From: Candidatus Poribacteria bacterium
Lineage (GTDB): Bacteria > Poribacteria > WGA-4E > WGA-3G
Assembly (NCBI GenBank): GCA_965197475.1
Contig: CBDANF010000002.1
Location: forward strand, 960,001 to 1,024,000
Direction of reading: 5' to 3'
DNA length: 64,000 bases
A program made the translations under genes and the position numbers. A model generated the notes under the pieces. The model made no database searches. It was not told the origin of the DNA and saw nothing but the letters and a program-made list of their open reading frames with translations. Shown one piece after another: positions 1-7,141 of this stretch (positions are counted from its first letter, which is position 1; the number at the start of each line of letters is the position of its first letter).

Positions 1-2
1 AA

Positions 3-755
3 GGGGATATCACTGTCTTAAATCAACCGGTCTGGAACAATTATCTCCTAACGCAGCGCGTTGGTTACTGCCCGGATATAGAGTTAGCCTACCAATTTAT
101 GACCGGTTTTGAGTTCATCACTTTTTTCGCAACGTTGAGCAGATGTGAAAAAACGGAAGTGAGATTTCGGAGTCTGGATGTGCTTGAAACGGTGGATATG
201 CTTCCAGCAAAGGACAAACCGATCGGATCCTACAGCAAAGGGATGCGGCAGCGCATAAAACTCGCCCAAGCACTCGTGCATGAACCGGAGGTTCTTTTCC
301 TTGACGAACCGCTGACTGGACTTGACCCAATCGGTAGACGGCATATCATAAATCTGCTCGCAAAACTTGATGAACAGGGGATCAGTGTTGTTGTCTCAAG
401 TCATATCCTATATGAAATAGAAGCGATGACAGAAACGATACTACTTATCCATCAAGGACGAATTCTTGCAGAAGGAACTATCTCTGACATCCGCGAACTG
501 ATTGATGAACACCCGCATAAGGTCTTCCTAAATGCTGACGAACCGCGCCGTTTAGCACAAACCTGTCTTCCGTTCGATGATATTCTCAGCGTTACATTTG
601 GTGATGCGGCAGGGGATGTTATCATTGAAACGGCAAAACCGGACGCTTTTTACGCCCGACTCCCCCAAATTCTCATTGAAAATAAATTGAACATATCCCA
701 ACTCTACTCACCTGACGATAATTTATCTGCTGTCTTTAAGTATTTGGTTGGGTAG
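3..755 (+). CDS. ABC transporter ATP-binding protein (5' truncated by window edge)
   Basis: Signature YSKGMRQR, Walker B LFLDEP and H-loop SSHIL. The frame is open upstream of the ORF-track start back to position 3 (GDITVLNQPVW...). Confidence 0.9.
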   Translation, partial: GDITVLNQPVWNNYLLTQRVGYCPDIELAYQFMTGFEFITFFATLSRCEKTEVRFRSLDVLETVDMLPAKDKPIGSYSKGMRQRIKLAQALVHEPEVLFLDEPLTGLDPIGRRHIINLLAKLDEQGISVVVSSHILYEIEAMTETILLIHQGRILAEGTISDIRELIDEHPHKVFLNADEPRRLAQTCLPFDDILSVTFGDAAGDVIIETAKPDAFYARLPQILIENKLNISQLYSPDDNLSAVFKYLVG

Positions 756-801
756 ATCGCCTTTTCTTGCATAGGTGCCAATTTAAGGACAGAGTTACGC
801 G

Positions 802-993
802 CTAATACCAAATTAACTTGACCCCATTTGGTATTAGTGGTTCTCTCGGCAACAAATTATGATATAAAGTCCAAGAAAAATTCCGAAAAAGCAAGTGGCT
901 GTCTATATAGATAGTAGAACATCAATGTAAATATATAATAAATACCTAGCGAGAAAACCACTTAGCACACCTACTAATACCAAATTAACTTGA
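802..993. repeat. MITE-like remnant: 12-bp inverted repeat plus 20-bp direct repeat
   Basis: CTAATACCAAAT (802-813) and ATTTGGTATTAG (826-837) form an inverted repeat. CTAATACCAAATTAACTTGA occurs at 802-821 and 974-993. Confidence 0.6.
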
Positions 994-1066
994 TTCGACG
1001 TCTTCGGATAAAGTCGGCATTGCAAGGCACGGGGACCTTGCAGGACAAATCACGTTAATTGGGTAT

Positions 1067-1225
1067 AACTATACTCTTACTCACTTTGCAGACCACTGTG
1101 AGAGATTTAGTCATGATCAGATAAACCGCTATCTTGCAGGGGATCGGCTCCCACCGCGTTTTGTCTGGGAAAGTGTCAAACCGCACTTGAAACAAACGCC
1201 AAATGGATATGTCATCTTTATTGAC
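1067..1225 (+). pseudogene. IS701-family transposase N-terminal fragment
   Basis: Manual translation NYTLTHFADHCERFSHDQINRYLAGDRLPPRFVWESVKPHLKQTPNGYVIFID parallels the transposase remnant at 44276-44827 (NFTQTYFADHTDKWNHDQLNRFL...GYLVFDD). Confidence 0.75.
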
Positions 1226-1535
1226 AATTCTTGTCATAAGTGTTATCATTAATTATATGAAATGTGATGCAGAGCGGTTCAGAGGGTATCCGCTAATTCC
1301 CGCATCATTATTTAACCAATATCCTCATTTAACCAATATCCTCAACTTTTTATCCATTTTAGGCAAAGCTTCCTCACTTTATTTCAAAAGGTTGCAATAG
1401 AATATATACGCTTTATGTTATATTGTCAATTAGATATGGTATAATTTGTTAATGGTGATATCCATACAACTTGTGAAAAATCGCTAAAATTCATAGACTT
1501 GTGCTCTAAATGTGCGTAAATTGCGCAAATTTATG

Positions 1536-1629
1536 TTGATTTTTTGTCGGAAAAAAAGTATAATAATCGTTATAAGACATTATTTTATAGTAAGGTTATT
1601 AAAATAATATATGTCTTATAACGATTATT
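1536..1629 (+). promoter_or_regulatory. sigma70-type promoter overlapping a 19-bp perfect inverted repeat
   Basis: TTGATT (1536-41)-N17-TATAAT (1559-64). Arms are AATAATCGTTATAAGACAT (1562-80) and ATGTCTTATAACGATTATT (1611-29). Confidence 0.6.
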
Positions 1630-1684
1630 GTAGGTTAGTTCTTTACAAAAAGTTAACCAGCACAAGTCGTTAATATAATAAGAC

Positions 1685-1805
1685 TAGGATTTACGCAGGT
1701 TGCTCTTTTTACGCGCTATTTGGTTTGTAGTAGCGCAAATCCATTGCACGTTCTTGGTGATTTACGATCAATTTCGCCACGGAATCCAAATTTGCGTAAG
1801 TCCTA
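1685..1805. mobile_element. IS701-end-derived MITE (121 bp)
   Basis: TAGGATTTACGCA (1685-97) ... TGCGTAAGTCCTA (1793-1805). The same end motif CAGGACTTACGCA occurs at the end of the IS701 remnant (43842). Confidence 0.65.
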
Positions 1806-1843
1806 TGGGTATTACTTGTTTCAAGAAAGGAGGACAAGAAACT

Positions 1844-4800
1844 ATGATCAACAAAATGAGAAATTGGACTGCCGTAGCAATGTTGTTCCTGTTCCTGTTG
1901 CCGCTGGCATCAGCCCAACTCACGCCAAACATCTGGAAGAAATTCATCGGCGAACCGGTCCCCGCGGGAACCCCTGATTTAATTGATTATTCTTATGCTG
2001 GCTATAAAAATGGCGTAGAAGGCATCCCCGAAGATTTTGCGTATACAGTGTTTAATGTTACTGATTATGGGGCAAATCCTGATGATGGTATCTCTGATAC
2101 TGCTGGTATTAGAGATGCCCTTGATGCAGCTGCAGTAGGAAACAGTATCGTCTTTTTTCCTCCCGGTCAATATGATGTATTACTTGATGATGATGTAAAA
2201 GATCCATTTATAGTCAGAGGACATCATGTTATTCTTCGTGGAAGTGGTGCTCAAGGTGCTGGCAGAGGTGGAACAACTATAAAGATGCACAATCAGCTTA
2301 CAGATCCTTATCAAAATCAATACCTGTTTATTCCACAAGGAGGTGATGCTGGTTGGGATGGAGCCCCACGCGTTAATGGTTCATTTCCAAGTGGAATAAA
2401 ATACTTTGATGTAAATAAGACAACACCACTTATAGGACGCAAATATATTGCAATAAGGGCATCCAATCTACTTGGAGAGGATTTTGATAAATATTCTTCA
2501 CGACCCTTAAAGAATATTTCTGAATTTTATACAGGAATTCATAAAGGTGTTAGTATTAGAGAATATCATGAGATTGATAGAATCGAAGGTAACCGTGTCT
2601 ATCTAAAAGCCCCACTCGTAACGCATCTAAAACACGGTATGATTGTCGTTTGGACCGATTTATCAGAGGGTATCGGTTTTGAAAATTTGCATATTGATGG
2701 TGGTTATGATGAAATTTATAGGCATTTACACTATTTTGGACGTGGTGGAATTAATTTATCTGGTACTGCACATTCATGGATCCGCCGATGTCGGTTTTCT
2801 AATGTTATTTCGTCATTTAGAGTGACTAACAGTTACGGCACTTCGGCAGTTAGCAATATAGTTGATGGTAGATTTGGACATAATTTAAGTGATTTTGTTG
2901 GTTCAACATATTGCTTGATCGCTTTTTTACATGATTATTCGGATAGAGGTATGTGGCATGGCGCGAATGTCTCGCATTGGTCGGTTGGAAATGTAGTATG
3001 GCATGTTAGGGGTCCATCAGCAAAGGGTCCTGATGTGCACGGTGCGCAGCCGCGCCATACGCTGTTCGATAATTACAGAAGTGTCAATCATCATACCAGC
3101 AGTGGTGGTGGAGGTTCCATGCCTAATCACCTTGATGGATATGTTCGCTGGAATAACACTGCTAATTCGAGTGTGACTCTTGACTTATGGGGACGTAGTG
3201 GAGGACGACGTTTGTTGGTCACGCAAGGTTCCCTGATAGGATACAAGGCGTTGGGTGGTGCCATCCCCCGCGACGCCTACTTTGAGGGATACGGCACGCA
3301 TGTCTCTCCTAATTCACTTTACGAGGCACAACTGGAGCACCGATTAGGGACACTGCCTGCGTGGGTAGATGCTTACAAAAAGATGGACAGAAAATTCTTG
3401 CAAAGCATTGTCATAGATCCAGGACACCCCATCACACCTTCCGATGAAGATGTCAACTTGGATCCATCTCAGGGTGGTCCGAAAATTAGCGGTCCGTGGT
3501 TATGGGTGCTGGTACCAGATGAACATTTTGACGGTACTACAGATCTGCTGGCAAAAGCAAGCGGTGGTAATGTTTCAGAAACGCAAATTGCTACTGACGG
3601 TGTGATAGTCGGAGACAAAGTTGGAGACTATGAATGGACACCTCTCAAAATAGGCAGTGGTGGTAATAACCTCAACGATATGGTGAGTAACCTCGGTTGG
3701 AACGGAAACAATCGTGTCATTTACGGTTTCATCACCTTAAATACACTGAAAGAACAGAACACAAAAATGTTTGTTGGAAGTGATGATTCCGTAAGGGTGT
3801 GGCTCAATGGAGAACTTGTTCACGATAAAATAAAAAGGCGGAGTGCAAGTGATTACAAAGAATCTTTTCCCGTTACCCTGAGGAAAGGAAAGAATTCGTT
3901 ATTAGTAGCTATTGACAATTACACCGGTGGATGGAGCGGTTTTTTTGGCTTTCAAGCAGATGCGGAATATACGGTACAAACTTTTTCTGGCATCGGATAT
4001 GCCATTTTCATTGATGATATCTTTAGCGGTGATACGTTTACTCTTGACATCTACGCAGAAGATGTGCCCGATTTAGTAGAATGGCAGTTTGACATAGCGT
4101 TTGATCCTTTACTGCTTGAAGCAATTGAGGTCCGCAAAGGTTATTTTTTAGAGTCGGAGGGTGGGACAACCTTCTTCCAGAATGGTGCAATTGATAATCA
4201 ATCCGGAAAAATAATAGGTCTTAGTGAAGTGGAACCTAATGGAAACAGTGTCAGTGGTACAGGCTTGCTGCTTACCGTAACCTTTTTAGCCAAAGCGGGT
4301 GGTAAGACACAATTGACACTCAATAACTTTCGATTCGGTGATAGTATTGGGCAATCAATCCCTACCGGACCACATGAAACTACGATTTCGGTGAAAGGAA
4401 AGCTGGCGTGGGATGTCAACGGAGATGGACAAGTAAACATTTTAGATATAGTTCTCGTTGCTCAAGACTTAGGGAAGCCTTCATCCGTTAATTCGCGAAC
4501 GGATGTCAACGGCGACGAGACTGTTAACATCTTAGACCTCGTCCTTGTGGCACAACACATGGGTGAAACAGAAATCGGAGCAGCACCTACTACTATCGCA
4601 ATAGAAGACGTAAAAGGATTAGACCCGGCAACCGTTCAAGCGTGGATAGAGCAGGCACGTGCTGAAGATGATGGATCACTCGCTTTCCAAAAGGGCATTG
4701 CAAATCTTGAAAGGCTTCTGGCATTGTTAATCCCTAAAAAGACAGCGTTGCTGCAGAACTATCCAAATCCGTTTAATCCCGAGACATGGATACCGTATCA

Positions 4801-5029
4801 ACTCTCCGAACCGGCGAAGGTTACCCTGACAATCTACGCTGTGAATGGAACAAAGGTTCGGACGTTAGCATTAGGACTGATGCCTGCAGGTATCTATCAA
4901 AGTCGCAGTCGCGCTGCCTATTGGGATGGAAAAAATGACGTAGGTGAGTCTATTGCGAGCGGTATCTATTTCTACACGCTAACCGTAGGAGGGTTTAAGT
5001 CAACGCGTAAGATGTTGATTCTGAAATAG
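1844..5029 (+). CDS. Secreted multidomain protein: beta-helix polysaccharide lyase-like (DUF4955/pectate-lyase-3-like) domain, beta-sandwich, cohesin, dockerin/EF-hand and FlgD/T9SS-like C-terminal domain
   Basis: RBS AAGGAGG precedes ATG 1844 and a signal peptide follows. Motifs: LIDYSYAGY, FNVTDYGANPDDGISDT, FFPPGQY, two DVNGDxxVNILDxVLVA repeats, and LLQNYPNPFNPETWIPYQL...SGIYFYTL...TRKMLILK. Confidence 0.8.
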   Translation: MINKMRNWTAVAMLFLFLLPLASAQLTPNIWKKFIGEPVPAGTPDLIDYSYAGYKNGVEGIPEDFAYTVFNVTDYGANPDDGISDTAGIRDALDAAAVGNSIVFFPPGQYDVLLDDDVKDPFIVRGHHVILRGSGAQGAGRGGTTIKMHNQLTDPYQNQYLFIPQGGDAGWDGAPRVNGSFPSGIKYFDVNKTTPLIGRKYIAIRASNLLGEDFDKYSSRPLKNISEFYTGIHKGVSIREYHEIDRIEGNRVYLKAPLVTHLKHGMIVVWTDLSEGIGFENLHIDGGYDEIYRHLHYFGRGGINLSGTAHSWIRRCRFSNVISSFRVTNSYGTSAVSNIVDGRFGHNLSDFVGSTYCLIAFLHDYSDRGMWHGANVSHWSVGNVVWHVRGPSAKGPDVHGAQPRHTLFDNYRSVNHHTSSGGGGSMPNHLDGYVRWNNTANSSVTLDLWGRSGGRRLLVTQGSLIGYKALGGAIPRDAYFEGYGTHVSPNSLYEAQLEHRLGTLPAWVDAYKKMDRKFLQSIVIDPGHPITPSDEDVNLDPSQGGPKISGPWLWVLVPDEHFDGTTDLLAKASGGNVSETQIATDGVIVGDKVGDYEWTPLKIGSGGNNLNDMVSNLGWNGNNRVIYGFITLNTLKEQNTKMFVGSDDSVRVWLNGELVHDKIKRRSASDYKESFPVTLRKGKNSLLVAIDNYTGGWSGFFGFQADAEYTVQTFSGIGYAIFIDDIFSGDTFTLDIYAEDVPDLVEWQFDIAFDPLLLEAIEVRKGYFLESEGGTTFFQNGAIDNQSGKIIGLSEVEPNGNSVSGTGLLLTVTFLAKAGGKTQLTLNNFRFGDSIGQSIPTGPHETTISVKGKLAWDVNGDGQVNILDIVLVAQDLGKPSSVNSRTDVNGDETVNILDLVLVAQHMGETEIGAAPTTIAIEDVKGLDPATVQAWIEQARAEDDGSLAFQKGIANLERLLALLIPKKTALLQNYPNPFNPETWIPYQLSEPAKVTLTIYAVNGTKVRTLALGLMPAGIYQSRSRAAYWDGKNDVGESIASGIYFYTLTVGGFKSTRKMLILK

Positions 5030-5039
5030 TATCAAATGA

Positions 5040-5155
5040 CCATAGGATAGCTGGAAGGCTGATGTTTATTGGCTTCCCAGCGATCGTTGATGAGTGGGTT
5101 GCGTTGGGATCGCGAGCATCCTCTTTGAGAAATGATGCGTTTAGCGATAAACGTG
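5040..5155 (-). ncRNA. Candidate structured small RNA in the non-coding end of the DUF1670 element
   Basis: Lies downstream of a consensus promoter. Four consecutive stems are visible: CGTTTA/TAAACG, GCATC/GATGC, CGATC/GATCG with a 22-nt A/C-rich loop, and GCTGG/CCAGC. There is no expression evidence. Confidence 0.45.
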
Positions 5156-5160
5156 TCTAA

Positions 5161-5189
5161 AGTATAGCAAAACCAGTAGCGGTTGTCAA
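5161..5189 (-). promoter_or_regulatory. Consensus sigma70 promoter pointing to the left end of the element
   Basis: Minus strand TTGACA (5189-84)-N17-TATACT (5166-61), with TG just upstream of the -10 (extended -10). Confidence 0.8.
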
Positions 5190-5256
5190 CCATATTTTCA
5201 AGGCACCTGCCCCGGTTTTGCGAAGTAAAGTTCGTCGGGAACATAGGATTAGGGTC

Positions 5257-6141
5257 TCATTGGGCTTCTCCTTGGTGAGTGGCTTCATCGTTTGAGTCTG
5301 AATTGGCAAGGTCTGCATCTATGGCTTGGAGTTGGTGCTGCGGTATGAGGTCGAGATATTGAGAGATCACACGTTTAGAAAGTCGTGTAATCTGTGAGAT
5401 TTTATCAATATCTGCGGTTGCTTTCCGAACGACTTTGACGCTCTCATAATCGCGAATGTATCGGTCAACTGCCTCCTTAGAGTGTTTGGTCTTTGCGGCA
5501 ATCCTGGGGGTGAGATGTCCTTGAAGATAGAGGGTTATGATCTCTTTCTTATGGGTAATAGCCCCCGATAAGTCATGGATATTGCCACGGGTGGGCAAGA
5601 GTTCTCCAGTGGTTTTTTGCCATTCATTAACATAATCACAGACAACGGCATCGCAGACATTGAGCAAAACTGCCAAGTCGAGTTGTGTCAATAATGCCCC
5701 TTGGTCATAAGCTTGATGACACCAGCGGACCAAGCGATTGATCCGCAATTGCCGGGAGGTGAAACCGTTGCGAAAGGATTCAATATCCTCTGCGGCGAGG
5801 TAAGTCAGGATGACGGGTTTCATGCGGGTTTTGACGATGGACTTTCCTCTTTCTGGATGCTCTTCAATAGGGACGGCCATCCAAACGAGTTGTCCATAAC
5901 TCAAGAAACGCTCATCCGGGAGTTGATCGCCGGTGGCGAGTTTCTCCAAAGGAAGGGTAATCACGAAATAGTCTTCAACGGTCTTAAGAATATCATCAAC
6001 AATGGCGGTGGCAGTGACTTCGCCTTTGTCATAACCATAGTCATTGAGAAAGCGGTGAATGAGCAACTGTCGTAGGGACTTATCGTTGATGCGTCTGAAT
6101 TTCTTCTCGTTGATTTGCGTGCGGGTTAGAGGTTTGCTCAT
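5257..6141 (-). CDS. DUF1670-like HTH-containing protein (paralogue B)
   Basis: Motif QAYDQGALLTQLDLAVLL...LPTRGNIHDL...THKKEII.LY..G...HSKEAVDRYIRDY. Its start overlaps the stop of paralogue A (ATGA coupling). Confidence 0.8.
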   Translation of the reverse strand: MSKPLTRTQINEKKFRRINDKSLRQLLIHRFLNDYGYDKGEVTATAIVDDILKTVEDYFVITLPLEKLATGDQLPDERFLSYGQLVWMAVPIEEHPERGKSIVKTRMKPVILTYLAAEDIESFRNGFTSRQLRINRLVRWCHQAYDQGALLTQLDLAVLLNVCDAVVCDYVNEWQKTTGELLPTRGNIHDLSGAITHKKEIITLYLQGHLTPRIAAKTKHSKEAVDRYIRDYESVKVVRKATADIDKISQITRLSKRVISQYLDLIPQHQLQAIDADLANSDSNDEATHQGEAQ

Positions 6142-6938
6142 GAGAGGTCCCCCTTTTTTGTGTCCTCAGGTTCTGGGTGAAGGAGTTGGGTTATGCGATC
6201 TGTGTGTTGGTATTCCTCATAGAGTGAGAGATACTCGCGGATCAACCGGTCAGATAGATGGGTGATCAGGCGTATCTGTGCGTTAGGAAAGCCTTGATGA
6301 TGGAGCGTAGCGACTTGTGTAAAGTCTTTCAAGTAGCGGTAGACAGCTCGTTCGCTGTGGTTCGTCTTTTTCTCGATTTCGGTGAAGGTATAGGCTTTGA
6401 AATATAACTCCAGGACCTGGGTTTTATGAGAAGTGCCGGGGCCCATGTCGTGTTTCGTCCCGCGCGTCATAACGAAATACCCATCCTGCTTCAAGTGTCG
6501 AATGTCGCGTTTGACTGTAGCAGGACTGGTGGTTAATAATACAGCTAAATCCTCGTAGCTCAGTAAGGCATCTTGGTCATAAGCTTCTTGGGTCAATCGG
6601 AGGATCCGATGCCGTCTGAGTCCTGCGAGACCATAATTCGCTAAGACTTCAAGATCGGCGTTTGTGTCATTGAGAGTTAGCCGACAGGAAACTTTTTTCG
6701 CTAAAGCGATATGTTTACCTGCGGGTTCCTCTGCGGCGACTGCCTCGTAGCAGATTTGCCCTGATGTCAGGTGCACATCGGCGTGTTGTTCAAAGTAGGT
6801 GGAAATCTGTTTATAGTAGGCTTCAGCAACGAGAGGCATTAGATTAAAGTCTGCTGAAATCTTCTGAATAATCGCGGCTCTGGCATTCTTGGATTCGAGC
6901 CGAGTGATACCGTAAGCGGTATCCTTCTTGCGGTTCAT
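6138..6938 (-). CDS. DUF1670-like HTH-containing protein (paralogue A)
   Basis: Motif EAYDQDALLSYEDLAVLL.TSPATVKRDI...TRGTKHDMGPGTSHK...HSERAVYRYLKDF. A GGAGG RBS favours a start at 6938 (MNRKK). Confidence 0.8.
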   Translation of the reverse strand: MNRKKDTAYGITRLESKNARAAIIQKISADFNLMPLVAEAYYKQISTYFEQHADVHLTSGQICYEAVAAEEPAGKHIALAKKVSCRLTLNDTNADLEVLANYGLAGLRRHRILRLTQEAYDQDALLSYEDLAVLLTTSPATVKRDIRHLKQDGYFVMTRGTKHDMGPGTSHKTQVLELYFKAYTFTEIEKKTNHSERAVYRYLKDFTQVATLHHQGFPNAQIRLITHLSDRLIREYLSLYEEYQHTDRITQLLHPEPEDTKKGDLS

Positions 6939-7039
6939 ATTGACCTCCATGAATAGATTATCGGGGATCCGAGGACATCTACTCGTTAGTTTAACGAATA
7001 CTAATAGTATAACTCATGGGGTCATTTGATATAAACTAT

Positions 7040-7064
7040 AAATAGCTCGCGGCTATTTCTTTCT
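7040..7064 (+). terminator. Weak intrinsic-terminator-like hairpin, probably the original terminator of gene 1844-5029
   Basis: AAATAGC-tcgcg-GCTATTT followed by CTTTCT. Confidence 0.45.
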
Positions 7065-7068
7065 GTCC

Positions 7069-7116
7069 GAGGGAACTCCGAATCGCGACCAGTCGGGAAT
7101 CGGAGTTCCCTCCTAC
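7069..7116. repeat. REP-like palindrome ending in CTAC
   Basis: GAGGGAACTCCG ... CGGAGTTCCCTC-CTAC. Related to 9946-9972, 13617-13643 and 28610-28652. Confidence 0.7.
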
Positions 7117-7141
7117 AACTTCTAAAAAGGAGAACTAATAC

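Larger units (their letters stand above)
5030..7031. mobile_element. Putative novel insertion element carrying two DUF1670-like genes
   Basis: Perfect 12-bp inverted repeat TATCAAATGACC (5030-41) / GGTCATTTGATA (7020-31), which can also be read as a 10-bp TIR plus TA duplication. It starts at the base immediately after the stop codon of 1844-5029, and a terminator-like hairpin follows the other end (7040-58). Confidence 0.75.

Noticed and set aside
1700-1843. ORF-track N-terminal extension of the 1109-aa protein
   Set aside because: It runs through a MITE, whereas ATG 1844 has an AAGGAGG RBS and a signal peptide. Similar extensions at 12837, 17593, 30355 and 57471 run through REP sequence.
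5050-5112. Long G-U-rich hairpins suggesting a plus-strand RNA
   Set aside because: The extra pairing comes from G/T richness, which mirrors the A/C-rich loops on the minus strand. The only clear promoter is on the minus strand.
5032-5244. 70-aa ORF in the DUF1670 element's end
   Set aside because: No convincing RBS or motif, and it spans a consensus promoter and hairpins. More likely non-coding, though not excluded.
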